From contig NC_043016.1 of NCBI RefSeq assembly GCF_006345805.1, positions 22,134,001 to 22,198,000 of the forward strand: a stretch of 64,000 nucleotides of DNA. Reading direction: 5' to 3'. The notes under the pieces were generated by a model. The model searched no databases. It had not been told where the DNA came from and saw only the letters and a list, made by a program, of their open reading frames with translations. Below are positions 25,281 to 39,121 of this stretch, piece after piece; the stretch's first letter is position 1, and each line of letters starts with the position of its first letter. The stretch comes from Octopus sinensis. Lineage: Eukaryota. The translations under genes and the position numbers were made by a program.

Positions 25281-26039
25281 TATATAACAACCAAATTCAA
25301 GAAATATGTCAGAGAAATCAGAATTGACATAAGAGCAGAACAAGCCCCCAAAACTGCTCTGCTGAGGATAGATAGGATTTTTGAGATTGGTACTTGGATG
25401 TTAAATGTCTCCCACAATAATTATCAACCAAGTATCAAAGTTTATAATGTCCAGAAAAAGAACCTGTGAGACCTCTGACAGCAGGATGCTGCCTGCTCTC
25501 ACAGAATCTACCAGAGTAAACATAAGGGTCTGAAGGGATGTTGGTTGTGTTCAATCTGGGTTCTTTACTTTGACTTTATTGCTATGGCTAGTTCTAACAG
25601 AAATTGCTCTCCGTGTCAACTCAGTGTCAACTTAGCAAAGACTAAAAGTCCTTGTAATCAAGAAAACAGACAGGAGCCACTTCAGGCAGGTGACCCTTTC
25701 AATTTGTAGGATAGGTGAAGGCAGGAATTCCATACAGTCCATACAGTGCGCCCAATGTAAGCTATGGACACACAAGGTGCAGTCGATTAATAGGAAGATA
25801 TTCAGAGAAGATAGTGTTTGTATCTGTCTTTTCTATTATTATTGTAATGGCTCCTTCTGTCCTTCAGAGCTTGCCGGTCTTGTACCTTCTCAGCTTAGCC
25901 ATTCCTGGTCCAATTAACCTTCCTTCTTCTCTCCCAGGATCCACACAAACCTCACTATATCCAGTTCTTCCTCCCACAAAACATCATCCTTTCAAAATCT
26001 CATCCCTGCGGAGGTCAACATGTAACTGTTTAAATGAAT

Positions 26040-26730
26040 ATTAACGGCATCAGTTTCACACATCTCAGAAGGTTTGCAAAGTCCCTTCTTCTGTATGTAA
26101 TAAAAATACATACAGCCTTTACATACTCCCTCAGCAACACCAATCTCAAAAAGTTTTCTAGTGAATGTGATCTGGGTATTATAGTAAACAGCAATCTGTG
26201 TTGGACAAACCATATCTCTAAGATTGTCAAGAAGGCTAGCATCACTCAGTAAGACCTTTGTCAGCCGCTCTCCAGTTATCTATTTAAAACTGTATATGAC
26301 AATGGTACATCTACACTTAGAATTTGTATCACCAGTCTGGAACTCCTATCTTTCTCAGCATATAAATCTCCTATTTAGAAACATGCAACAAAGCGAATAC
26401 CTGCCATCAGACATCTACCATACTCTGAACATCTTGCTTCTCTGGGCATGGACATATTGAAGCTCAGACGTCTGGCAACTGACTTCGTAGACACCCACAA
26501 GATTATCCACCATCTTCCCAACAACAACTTTGGACACCTTTTTGAATTCCATATATCAAACACTTGTGGACATGCTCACAAGATCAAAAAACAGCACAGC
26601 ATCCATGACTTTTGGAAACATTTTTTCATGCTCACAATTGTTGAAATGTAGAATAAACAACCCACATCAGTTGTTAGCTGTTGAGACACTTCATTCTTCA
26701 AGACTTCCATGCTTCCTGAAATCTGCCACC
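26040..26730 (+). mobile_element. CR1-type LINE 3' fragment
   Basis: ECDLGIIVNSNLCWTNHISKIVKKA, LYMTMVHLHLEFVSPVWNSY and LKLRRLATDFVDTHKII in consecutive broken frames. Confidence 0.8.
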
Positions 26731-27090
26731 TGATGGCTTTTTAAAATTAGTTGTAGTAAACCTGAGCACTGTATACAATAATTTCTTTCATATATGATGT
26801 ATGTGTGTGTGGGGGGGTATACTATATACAATATGATAGTTGTTTAGTTGCATACCAGCCCTTTACCAACAGTTCTGTGATCAAATTCACAACTATAACC
26901 CTTGTTTTTAATTGGTTGGTTGGTTGGTTGGTTGATTTTTTAAAACTATTTTTATATGCATCCATTCTACCATTCTATCTAGGAATTACAACATACAGGT
27001 AAGCGTAAGTTCGGAATATCTAACTGCTATTTCTAATCAGCAAAGAAGAATTGATGCTTCTTTGTTGATTCAATATGCCGTCGTCATCAT

Positions 27091-27111
27091 GGTGGTGGTG
27101 GTGGTGGTGGC

Positions 27112-27150
<39 letters not shown>

Positions 27151-27173
27151 GGTGGTGGTGGTGGCGGCAGCAG
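27091..27173 (+). repeat. Compound (GGT)n(GGC)n(GGT)n microsatellite
   Basis: Directly visible. Confidence 0.95.
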
Positions 27174-27539
27174 TATCTAAGTCTACTATTTTAAGACAAC
27201 AGGATGTAATTTATGTAATTGGCTGCTATTTTTAGCACATGAACACACACGTGAGTATACGTGTTTGTTTTTATTTGCTCATACAGAGACACAAACACAT
27301 ACATACAGACAGATATGCCAACAGGATCTAACATATATTTTCATTTTGTCTATTCTTTTATTCTTTTATGTCTTTCAGTCATTTGATTGTGGCCAAAAAT
27401 CAACCCCAAGATTTATTCTTTGCAAGCCTAATAATTATTCTATCGGTCACTTTTGCTGAACTTCCAAGTTACAGGGGTGTAAACACACCAACATTGGTTA
27501 TCAAGCAATGGTGGGAGGACAAACACAGACAAACAAACT

Positions 27540-28610
27540 TCTGGCTATCTCGTACAGTTCCCTGCTACACCCCATTCTTCCAGGCTTTCCAGGCCTATTT
27601 CTTTGCTCTAATGGCCCTGCCTACAGGATTATTCCACCACCACGTTACTCTAGGTCTGGAAGGGACTTTGCACCAGCTGCAGATTTGGTCTGTAGCACTC
27701 AGTAAGCTGTCCTGTAGAAATTTCCAGTTACCTTCTATGTCCAAAGTCTGTAGCTCTTCCCTTTCATGAAATTTCTCAATCTCTGACCATGTGAAGGGTT
27801 CTTTAGCTTCTAAAGCCTTCTTTTCTTGATTGGTCTGCTTCTTGGCATCCATCCAGCCTTGAGTCTCAAGTCACTAATAACTAGTCTATGCTGAGGGGTA
27901 CATTCTTCACCAGGGAGGATCTTTGTATTTAAGAGTAACCTTGCATCCCGCTGTCTGGTTAGGATGAAATCAATCTGGTTAGCAGGGTCACCTGTTTGAT
28001 AGGTTATCAGGTGGCTGTCTGGCTTCTTGAAGTTAGTGTTACAGATTAATAGGTTGCATGCATCACAGAACTCCAGTGGCCTAGTTCCCTCTTCGTTTCG
28101 GGAACCAATTCCATGGCCCCTGTGAACACCAGGGAAGATACTGGATTGCCGTCCTACATGACCATTAAAATCTCCAGCTGCAAAGATGAGGTCATTGCCA
28201 CTCGTCTTTGAGGTAGCCCATAGAAGGGTATCATAAAAGTGGTCTTTCTGATATTTTGGTAGGCCCGTGGGGTGTAGGCAGAGATAATTGTAGCTATACT
28301 ATTCTGCAGAACTAGCCTGGTCTTAAGCACTCTATCGCATACCCTGACTGCCTCTATGACCTTATCCACCCATTTCTCCACAAGGAGTATGCCTACACCC
28401 CCCTACTCCATCACTGTTACCTTCCTAGAAGATTTTATACCTATGTGCCTTGTCTGTGAGGACCTTGGCTGAAGCTTCTCTCCACCTTACCTCTTGTATG
28501 CAGCATACATCAACATGTCTCCATTCAAGTATGTCTACAATCTCACTAGGCCTACTTTTCAGTGTGACTACATTAACAATGCCAACTCTAAAAGCTGGGA
28601 AGGGAGATGT
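27540..28610 (-). mobile_element. RTE-type LINE APE endonuclease fragment
   Basis: KWVDKVIEAVRVCDRVLKTRLVL..IISAYTP and TWWWNNPVGRAIRAKK; QIDFIL and QHRLV motifs on minus. Confidence 0.8.
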
Positions 28611-28839
28611 TATTCAGTGCCTGCATATATATATTTAAATACATGTATATTTATATGCATGTATATCACTAGCCACTAAACCATTTTTCTATTTTCTCTC
28701 CCTGTTTATTTCTGTGTTCCTTTCAGTCAAAGTGCGTAGGCTCAAAATGTAAAACACTTTCTCACTTCCCAAGCATTAAACTAATACATTTGTTTGTTGT
28801 TTACACACCCGTTTTTGTCTTTTGTTTATTTTTGTAAAT

Positions 28840-29008
28840 TCTTACTATATATACATACAAACATATATACATACATATATATAACATATATATATATATA
28901 AAATTATATATACACATGTGTGTGTATATATATATACTCATGTATATATATAATTATATATATGTGTGTGTGTCTGTGTATATATATATATATTTATATA
29001 TATACATG

Positions 29009-29065
<57 letters not shown>

Positions 29066-29068
29066 GTA

Positions 29069-29132
<64 letters not shown>
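28840..29132. repeat. (TA)n-rich microsatellite
   Basis: Directly visible; one of many (others at about 13520-13650, 19740-19810, 20140-20375, 61890-62085 and 62660-62950). Confidence 0.95.
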
Positions 29133-29135
<3 letters not shown>

Positions 29136-29289
29136 TGATAGAAATGGAAAACAACAAAAGAATGAAAGAGGCCTCGATATTATGTAACTAGAGGGATATA
29201 GCTGTAAATACAATATGTTACAATTATTCCGCCCCGACATCCGAAACTCGGTGTTTTATCAAGGCTACCGAATAATTGTCATAAATATA

Positions 29290-29327
<38 letters not shown>

Positions 29328-29824
29328 GTGAGAAAAAACTAGAATTACTTAATTGAGTGAAGTTTTTTTAGATTATATAAGTTTAGTTTATTATATAATG
29401 AAAGATATTCGAGTTGGAACCATCCACTAATTTGTTTCTCAGTAAGAGCGTGCTCTAGATTACTTCATCATTATATTTTCCTTCTTTTTTTTAAAGATGT
29501 GCCGCGAAGAGTACTTAGCTGCTATTTCTAGGTAGTCGAACGACGACGTAGAGATGTGACATTTAAGAGATGACATCTGTTTTTTTGGCATATCCAAAGT
29601 CGTGTCCCTTACGCTATAATTTTTGTTGTTAGGCGCTCTTACGTAACGTGTTTCTAGAATGTGGGCATAGTTACTTAAAATTTGTTTCCATGTAACTTTC
29701 TTTATAACGTATGTATATTTTCGAGAGGGTAGATTAAATTATGTTACTCTTTAACAAAACCAGTTACTTTTTATTCAGAAGGAAAATAAGTTTATACTTT
29801 TTTTTAAACAATTCAATAACTTAC

Positions 29825-29953
29825 AGATGATCATTGCACAAAAGAACTATTTGATTTATTGATATGGCCAACTATTGGAGGCGCGATTTTTTTGATTTTT
29901 CTTAAATCCTAGTAAATGTCCAGCCTACAATTCAGATAGAGAAAACGCTTGAT
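29825..29953 (-). other. Candidate non-coding exon
   Basis: Acceptor gtttatgttcactacag| and donor |GTAAGTT on minus. Stops in all three frames. Confidence 0.45.
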
Positions 29954-30259
29954 CTGTAGTGAACATAAACTGGAATTTTAAAATTTTTATTATACTTTCA
30001 ATTTCATATTTTTTTATGCATGGCCAGGGGAAGCTATTGACCGCTTAAAACATTAACTTCTTTTCTTTTCTTTACTTTTCAAAACAACCATACATCTTTA
30101 ATTTCATAAACACAATCATTCGAAGTTTCATATATGTATGATATATATGCGTGTGCGAGCGCGAGGGTATACCACTATGGACATACACACGTATACATGT
30201 GTAGACGAATGAATGGATGTGTACCGACTGAGTATGTCAACAGCTTTAAAGTAATGTTC

Positions 30260-30560
30260 TGCTGTTGCACGTGGCAAACCTGTCTTTCCGGAATTGAAAC
30301 GTTGAGGTCGGTGGTTAACCACGTGGTTCTGCAGTTCGGGGAAACATAATAGAACAACGCTACGAAGTTAATAGGTGCTAAGCCAACTGATTAACAAACC
30401 CCCTAGGTTAAACAATGCACAGAGGATGTTACTACATACACAACCGCTGCTTATATAAATAATCATTGGGTCCCTAAAATCATGGTTGGGTGGAGGAGCT
30501 TTGGCAACTGCCTGGTATGCTTTTAAGGCAGCACCGATTGAGTGCCCTTATGTAATGATT
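30260..30560. promoter_or_regulatory. Candidate promoter/enhancer with E-boxes, TATA and a D-box-like site
   Basis: CACGTG at 30268-30273 and 30320-30325, TATATAAA at 30452-30459, TTATGTAA at 30548-30555, in unique CpG-retaining sequence. Confidence 0.4.
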
Positions 30561-31012
30561 TTCGTGTGCGAAGTAATTTTCTGCATACCTTGTTATGATT
30601 ATCCAAGTATAGACTGTAAACATCGCTTTTCAAAAACTTCTAATGTTTATCTTCAAATTTTAGAGTTTACGTTTCCAAAGCATAAGTTACGATTAGGAAA
30701 ATAAGATTTTCGAATTGCTAATTATCCTCCCTATTTCTAATCGTGTTTTTAGTCTCCTAATTGCTGTGCTTCTTAAACTTTTTTTTTAACTGTTACTACT
30801 TTTATTAACACCATTTCAACGTCCCCTTGCTTACGATTCAACACCTTTGCTATTTTTATGTACGCACGCATAATATAGTGTAATTTATTTCTGGGTAACA
30901 GTTTGACATGCATAACTACATATCACAGCACCGTCCTATTATTGTGCTTCGTATATCCCCGTAACTACTAGTTGATCCCAAGATATAGTTGTATTTTTAT
31001 GTGTTCACTCAC

Positions 31013-31102
31013 ACATATATGGTTTCTTTAGCCATGTACGAGTTTATAAATAGCTTTTTCAACATAGGAGTAGACTTTGTGATTAACAGATAACTCTCAT
31101 AG
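31013..31102 (-). other. Candidate non-coding exon
   Basis: Acceptor gttgttaattttag| and donor |GTGAGT on minus; 90 nt. Confidence 0.35.
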
Positions 31103-31846
31103 CTAAAATTAACAACGTTTGAACATGTGTGTATGCTTATATTTATGCTACAGATGCGATGACTGGTTTTATTGCATGAATGGAAATACCTCCAAAATTT
31201 GTCAATAGCATTTAAATTATACTTTAGTCTAAGGTTTAAAATTTGCATGTGTTAGTGAGATATGTTCTTTTTATTTATTTACTGATGCACATTTCGAAGT
31301 ATTATTACCATTTATCGCTGTTATTGTTCTGTTTGTGGCAACAAACAATTTTTCATAATATGACATTTGAATAGGAGATAAAGGCTAAAAATATTGCCCA
31401 GATGCATTTAAAACGTACGCGCACATGCACGCACAACTTAGATATTTGATTCCAGTATCTATATAAAATTTTACCCCAGGGAGGTGAAACCCTTCTTTTC
31501 ATATCTTCTGATCCTTTTGCGACATATAGTCTGCTTTGGAACTATCTCATGTAATAATTTCCTTGCTGGATGATAGTATCTTGTATTTTGTGCCATTTAA
31601 TTTCTTATCTGCTTTGTACACATGCCTCTTTAATGAATATTTTCGCATTATTAAAGATCAGAGATGTTATGGTTGTGTCATTAGCTTATCCAATACTTAT
31701 GGAGATTATACCAATAAGTGATAGGCTTTCATCAAGTTTTCCAATCCTTTCATGACAAACTAGATAGATGTTGAAAATGGTGGAAAATACTTAAAACTTT
31801 GCTTCAAGAGTCACACATACTTTAAATCAATCCATTTCTTGACTTT

Positions 31847-32035
31847 CTAGTCTACAGCACGCTTGGTTTCCAATACCTTTGAGTCTGTATTATCATCATC
31901 TATAGAATCTTCTGCCAGATTGTGTTGCAGGTAGCTTTCAGTTGATGAAGTTAAACTGTTAAAACACTTGTTCTTTTGCTTTTTTGAATTATTTGTTTTG
32001 CAAGAAAAATTCCATTGCCTCTGCCTCTTCAAGGT
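31847..32035 (-). CDS. Unidentified small protein, second coding exon (TLKRQRQWNFSCK...ETKRAVD*)
   Basis: Acceptor tagtttgattttag|ACC, phase 0, open to TAG at 31849-31847. Unique non-repeat sequence. A possible donor |GTATGT lies 26 nt after the stop. Confidence 0.5.
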   Translation of the reverse strand, partial: TLKRQRQWNFSCKTNNSKKQKNKCFNSLTSSTESYLQHNLAEDSIDDDNTDSKVLETKRAVD

Positions 32036-32280
32036 CTAAAATCAAACTAGGTCTCTTGTTTTTTTAAATTTTTTATAATGTTGAGAAAGAGTCTACTGAG
32101 TACTTTTCCTAGTATAAATAAGTGTGAAGTCAGCCTGTTGGTTTTTGAGGTTTTGTCTGTCACCCTTTGGTGTTAGCAGCACACAAATCCAATATTTCTG
32201 TTCTTCATCCTATATTGAATATTAATCATGTACCCTTCTGGTTTACAAACTTCAGCACTGATGATATCTATACCAGGGGC

Positions 32281-32670
32281 TTTGCAGTTTTACTGTCTAT
32301 AAGAGATGCTCGCTCAGGACAAATACCGCTGTAACTAGCCTATCGGCAATGTGTGTGTATTAAGTATGCTATACAGATGGCTATTTCAATCAAATACTGC
32401 TTCAACTGCATATACTGGATTTTTGATAAGCCAGGAGGTTATTCACAACATCAGTGAATATTTCATTCACTTTTTCCAACGTCAGAGATGACAAATTCAC
32501 AAGTCTGTAGCTTGTTGTGAATACATGCTATTAAAAAGGCTAAAATGTGTTTGGCACTATTGTTGTCACTGCAATGTTTTTAACACAGTAAGTCCATAAG
32601 AGATGCTATTTCAGGACAAACAGCAACAACTGTGTGTGTGTATTAAGTGTGCTATATAGGTGGCTATTAT
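32281..32670 (+). repeat. Local imperfect direct duplication (about 100 bp)
   Basis: ATAAGAGATGCT..TCAGGACAAA...TGTGTGTGTATTAAGT.TGCTATA.AG.TGGCTATT occurs near 32299 and 32596. Confidence 0.7.
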
Positions 32671-34683
32671 CTTTTCTATTTTTTTTTTTCCTTTTGTTAT
32701 TTCTGCATTAGCTCATCAAATAAACCATCAAGGCTTTCTGATACTGGTTCTGGGTTGTGATGGAATTTAATGTTAAGATCATCATCATCATTATTTAACA
32801 TCCATTGTCCATACTGGCATGGGTTTGGACAGTTTGACTGGGCTGGCATGCTGGAAGGCTGCACCAAGCTCCAGTCTGATTTGACATGGCTTTCTATGGC
32901 TGGATGCCCTTCCTAACACCAACCACTCTAAAAATACAATGGGTGCTTTTACGTGCCACTGACATAGGTGCCATTTGCATGACACTAGTATCTGCCACGA
33001 CTGTGATTTTGCTTGGCTTGATGAGTCTTCGCAAGTATGACATAATGCCAAAGGTCTTGGTCATTGCCTCTATGAAGTCCAACACTCGAAAGGAACTCAG
33101 CCACTTTGCCTCCATGAGGCCTAATGCTCAAAGGGAACTCAGCCACCTCACTTCCACGAGGCTCAACATTCAAAGGTTGATTTTTTACATGCCACTTGTT
33201 CAAAATTATTTTTCTGATATTGAGATACCTCTGCTATGTTTGTACATGTGCTGTTACCTTCACCTTTGATAACTCTGTATAGTTTTTGTTCTTCCCTCTA
33301 TTTCACAGACTAACTCAAACAGCTTGTGACTTATTGTTCTTGAGGTCAACTTCAAGTAGTTCTCTTTTTGTCTTAAAGGTTTTTGTTCTATTGTATTTTG
33401 ACTGTCTCATCCAGTTCTATGTATTGTTCAGCTTTAACAATATCGTCTGGGTTATAAGCATACCTGTTCTAGCTAATCACCTTTGTACACAGCATATCTC
33501 TGTTTCTGATTGTAGGCTCATTGCTTGTTTTTGAGCTTTCAAACCAACAATTTCTTCTGTCTTCTGTTATTTTGTTTGTTGTTTCATTGAAAAACATAAT
33601 CTGTCCATCATGTGTCAGGTTGGCGATTTTGTTCACATTATGTTGTTTTGGTACTCTTTGCATGCATGCATTGATGATCATGATAACAAAATTCATATCT
33701 GTAGTTTACACTGGCTATTTCATATAGAACTTCTACCTATCTAAAGTTTACTTTGAGGCCACTTGATTCTTGATTTTGCTTTTAAGTTTGGAATTTCTAT
33801 TCTACATCTACAGCAGATTCAACTTTGTATACAGGATTTCTTACATATAACAGATCTTAAATTCCTCTGTTATAGTCTGTTGGACAATTATAAATAGAAG
33901 GGGTTGAGAACTGAGTTCGGATTGATTCCTATATGCACAGTAAATTTATCACTGAACCTTTGGCTACCTCACAGTTTGCTAGCTGTGTTTCAGTACTTGG
34001 CTTCTATGGTCCTCACAAACGTTTCATCTACTTCTGATTTCCTTAGCAACCACACAATTACAGACAATAAAAACAAGTCAAAGGCCTAATGCAATTTGAT
34101 GAATGCTAGAAATAGGAATTATTCATAGCTAAGCACTTTTACAGTTGTGTCAATAGAAAGATGGCATCAGTTCTTATTCCTGGTACAAACTGAACTGCAC
34201 CTCATCTAAGCACACAATATTGGCTAAATATGTATGTGTGTGTATACATACATACATATCAGTGGCATAGCTAAAAGGGGAGCAAGAGGAGTGGATGCTC
34301 CCTAACCTCAGCACATTTTTCACAATTGGCACTTTCCAAAAAAATTTTAAGGCTTCAGTAGTTGTAAATTTCATACATAGTGACATTGTTACTGAAACAT
34401 GAAATTAATGAATGTTGAATACAATTATGTACATTGTAACTAATGAAATATATCATGTAATATAATAGAAATTAGTTAAAAATTATTTGATGCGTGTCAC
34501 AGCACCTTTTTTTATCTCCCCACTAACTTTAGAAGCTGGATTCATCTCTGATATACATATCCTTGCATATGTGAATACATACAAAAGTTTATACATGTAT
34601 ACATATGTACATTTAAAACACAAACATGGCACACACATACATATATACATACACAAACACACACCTACACATACACACACACA

Positions 34684-35938
34684 TTGGGTCATCCTATAAA
34701 TAATGCAGTTTTTTTATACTTCTTTTATTTTTCAAAATTAATATAGACGAAGTTTATTTTTAATCTGAAATATACTCTCCTTCATTTTCTACAATGCTCT
34801 GGTAGACAATGCAAGGCCCCTCTTCCAAATTTCACTTGTCATTGATGAAGAATACTCCTCCAGTACTGTTCTGACCTCATCTACAGAATTCATATTTTTT
34901 CCATCTAAATGATTTTGAAGATTGCGGAATAAATGATAATCAGTTGGGGCAATGTCTGATGAATATGGTGGATGGGGCATTGTTTCCCATTCAAAGTGCT
35001 TCAAGCTTTGGAATGTCATCCTCATTGTATGTAGCCAAGCATTATCCTGATGAAAGAACATCTTTCGTCTTGAAACCAAAGACAGTAATTTTTCTTCTAG
35101 AGCTGACTTAAGCTGCTCATCTCCTTTGTTATCGTTTGGTTTGGGTTTAAAAGTTCAAAGTAAACTAAACCTTTCATATCCCACCAAACAGATAACACCT
35201 TACATTGTTGAAGACCTTCTTTAGCCTGGGGTGCCAGTGTTTCTCCTTTCCCTACCCACTGTCTTCAACACTTGACATTTTTATAGAGAAACTATTTCTC
35301 ATTACCAGTCACTATTCAGTCCAAAAAAGGTTCATGATACGTGACAACAAAGAAGAGCAATCATTCACTCTCTGCACATGATTAGACTTGGAAAGTTTGT
35401 GAGGAACCCATTGACCCAATTTGCTGACTTTTCTAATGTTATGCTGGTATTGATGAATGGTTGAATGACCAAATCCAAGCATCTCTGCCAGTTCTTCAAC
35501 AGTTGCAATGGGATTTTGTTCCACCTGGGTTTTCAGGATGTTCTCATCAAGCTCTGCAGATCTTCCAGGATAAGGTTTGTCTTCTAAGCTGTTGTTTCTG
35601 ACACAGAATTTTTGGAACCACTGTTGACACTGGCTTACACTTATTGTCCCATCCCCGTATACTGCATTAATATTCCTCACACTTTCTGTTGTGTTGTTGC
35701 CTTCATTGGATACAGAAATTAAAATATGCTGAATATGTTCCTTTGTCACTTCCATTATAACTTTGAAGAAATAACTGTTAAAATCAAACTGCACTCTTCA
35801 AGACTTGCACTAAAAGTAAGGACAAGGTGAAATTACTACCTGCTTTTATAGCAAGTTGATGCAGGTACTTTATCCCACCCCACTCCATCTTTTGGTTCAT
35901 GCAATTAAAAAAAACACCTTATTTATGGCATGACCCAA
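34684..35938 (-). mobile_element. Near full-length mariner (DD34D, Mos1-like), pseudogenised
   Basis: TIRs TTGGGTCAT..ATAAATAA at both ends, about 1.25 kb. WVPHKL, HQDNAWLH and HPPYSSDIAPTDYHLFR in ORFs 35312-35794 and 34789-35079. Confidence 0.9.
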
Positions 35939-37565
35939 TATAATATGTCACAAAATTGGTGCAGCATCAGGACTATCAACTTTTACACAGGCAAATATGC
36001 TCTAAAAAAGAAACAACTACAGAGTAATCAGATTAATGGACCTGGATATAAAAGTAACATAATGAATTATAGCTCAACTGATTTGGAAAAGAATTAGCTT
36101 ACATGAGATATAGATCAGTTCTGTGCCAGATGGGGTACACTGATGTCCTCTTCTTAGTCTGGGAAAGGCCAACTGGTAGCTAAGAAAACTTAGATGATGA
36201 AGTTAAATGTAGAGATAGTGGCAGTGGTGCTGCAAGTGCATCTCTCTGTATATATTCCGACAAGGTCAGTGTATTTGTGCATGCATGTTTGTATGAACAT
36301 ATGTGTGTACATCCACTGTCAGCCTAATAGGCAACCTGGCCTCTCACATCTTACGTCTTTTTAGAGAATGTTTTTTATGGGCTTATTGCTATACTTATCT
36401 TTAATATCATCATCATCATTACTACCCTCTACTATATTAAACACCAACACCCCAACTCCTCCAATTTTGCCACCAAAATCTTCATCATCATTACTATTGT
36501 CAACACCTTCTCCACAACATAACCACACCAACACCCACCTTCATCAACATCATTGCCATTAGTACAATCTGTATCACCATTTATGTTCCCCTTGTCATCA
36601 TCATCATCATCATCATCCTTAGCACAATCACCCATCATCACTATCAATCACTTTCATCACTCCCAATACGAAAGTGTCACCTAACTTGAATAATGATCTT
36701 GGGATAAGAAATTTGTAGAAATTCCGAAAAAAAGGTATCAGTTACAGGAAAAAATTAGCATAGGTTCAGGCATAGCTGTGTGGTAAGAAGTTTGCCTCCC
36801 AACCACGTGGTTCTGGGTTCAGTCTCACTGCATGTCACCTTGTGCAAATATCATACTATAACCTCTGGCCAACCAAAGTTTTGTGAATGGGTTTGGTAAA
36901 CAGAAACTGAAATAATATATATTATATATAGGTATATACATGTGTGTGTGTGCCTTTGTGTCTGTGTTTGTCTCCCACCACCACTTGACAACCAGTGTTG
37001 GTGTGTTTATGTTCCCATGACTTAGCAGTTTGGCAAAAGAATCTGATATAAAAAGTATCTAGCTTAAAATAAAATAAGTAGTGATGTCAATTCATTCAGC
37101 TAAAAATTCTTCAAGGCAATGCCCCAGCATGACTGCAGTCTAATGACTGAAACAAATAAAAGATAAAAGATAGAAATTAGCATAAATCCGAATAGATCAT
37201 TTATGGCTTTTAGCTATTTTGGGGGCATATTTGTTATTTATATACATAATCATGTATGATGTCAACTTTTTTTCAGATTTTTAAACTTTAAAATGAATTG
37301 GTGTGCAAATACACACAAATAGGTGTACAAAACAACCTTTGTATATTCTTTATTTACGTTTATTTATACATTTGTTTCCATCAAATTGTTGTTATAGGGT
37401 ATACTGAAAATTGCACATTCATAATAGACTGAACAACTTTATTCATTTAATTACATTACACCTTTAGCACCATTTAACATTTACACAGCCAATACTATTC
37501 AACCATAATATAGTAAACTAAATATTCTACAGCTTATTGTGTTCAGTATTATATTCTTTGTTTAC

Positions 37566-37637
37566 CTTCTTTGCATGCACAAGCCTGTTCCTGAGTGACT
37601 TATACTTATAAAATAGCTCTATGTTTTCCAGTTTCAT
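37566..37637 (-). CDS. Unidentified small protein, first coding exon (MKLENIELFYKYKSLRNRLVHAKK)
   Basis: ATG with A at -3 and an in-frame upstream TAG; 24 codons, then AAG|GTAAAC donor (phase 0), compatible with the 32035 acceptor. Confidence 0.5.
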
Positions 37638-39072
37638 TGTAATGAAGGAAGACAAAGCAATGACCTACTTCAAGTTTTGTTAAGCTTAAGGAAATTAGAT
37701 GCTTTCTCTTCAAGAACATCAGAGCATAGAATCACAAGTAAAATCTCTGTGACTCTGGACATTTAAATCTTTTGCAGCCACCTTTCAGTAATAAAGATTG
37801 TAAATAACTCCATAAAATATCAATTCTACAATACATCACAATAACTCATAAGCGGTATATTGGAAGAGTCATTGGAATATCATTTAGAATGGCTTGCAGC
37901 ATTCATTCTAATTATTAACACCGTAAGTTCAATTCCTGCCAAGGCTAATGCTATCTTTTATCTGTACAGATAAAAATATGTACCAATCCAAGTTAAAGAG
38001 ATAGTGGAACAATAATAATAACATCAGAAAGATTGCTTTAAAGTATTTTTTTTTTTTGCATTCTGATTTCAAATTTCACAAATGTCTACTTGAATGGCAA
38101 ACTCAATTCATTGTCCATATTCACACCATCACCCACCACCTTGGATGCCTTTAGTTGTGGTAAACATTCAAGCCAGGTTTCCAGTTTGAGAATGCTTTCC
38201 TCCCACTAATCTTGGAGACTTTGTGGAAGATCATGGGCACTGCCTTCCATCCTAACCAAGAAATAAAAGAGAAGTACTTAATGCTACATTCAGAAGTTAG
38301 AGCATCATCCCAAATATTATCCAAAATTATCTTTTATACTGGGTCCCACATAAAAAGCACTGGTGATGGTACCACATAAAAAGTACCCAGTATATTATGT
38401 AAAGTGGTTGGCATTAGAAAGGGCATCTCACCATAGAAACTAAGCCAAGACAGACTATGGAACCTGGTGTGGAACCTGGGTTTGGCAGTTCCTGTCAAGC
38501 AATCCAACCATTCCAGCATAGAAAACATATGTTAATGATGATGATGTTAGGTAATGGCCAAAAGAGTACAGTTGTGAATACCAGTAACTGAAATGAGATT
38601 CCCTGAAAGAATTTCTTGAGTAATATTCAATGGATATGAAGGAGCCTCTCCTGATCAAGCCACTATTTCTCCACATTGAGAGGTCACAGTTCCAGTACAA
38701 GGGGCATATGATTAGAATTTCACAGGAAAGACTCTCAAGCCAAGCCAGCAGGCAAGAGACTTAAGGGTAGACCAAGAACAAGATGACTGGATTCCATAAT
38801 CTCAGTCATTCATGCTTTGAAATCCATCTGGAAAAGTGTTCTGACAGTTGCATTGGATACGATTCTATAGAAGAGATGCCTACCAACATAATCCTCTTAA
38901 GAATAGTAGCTGGGGGAAAATGAATGGATGGAGGGATGGATGCTATATGGCAGCTTTTATTAAGTTGGAAACTGAGGAAAGACTTTACAACATCATTGTT
39001 GTTCTAAAACAAGTAAAAACAAAAACACTATCAACAAAGAATCTTGGAAAAACTGAGTTCTCTCTCTCTCTC

Positions 39073-39121
<49 letters not shown>

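Noticed and set aside
28715-28770. Hammerhead ribozyme
   Set aside because: The layout is reminiscent, but both catalytic boxes are mutated in this copy.
28916-29240. YI/CV/HT-rich ORFs here and throughout the ORF track
   Set aside because: These are translations of (TA)n, (TG)n and (CA)n microsatellites.
30215-30480. Telomerase RNA or H/ACA RNA on the minus strand
   Set aside because: An ACCGAC/GTCGGT stem followed by ACA exists, but I found no CTAACCCT-type template and no clear H box or second hairpin.
36368-36660. Pro/Ser/His-rich or Asp-rich protein
   Set aside because: Degenerate (CAT/CAC)n low-complexity sequence without splice support.
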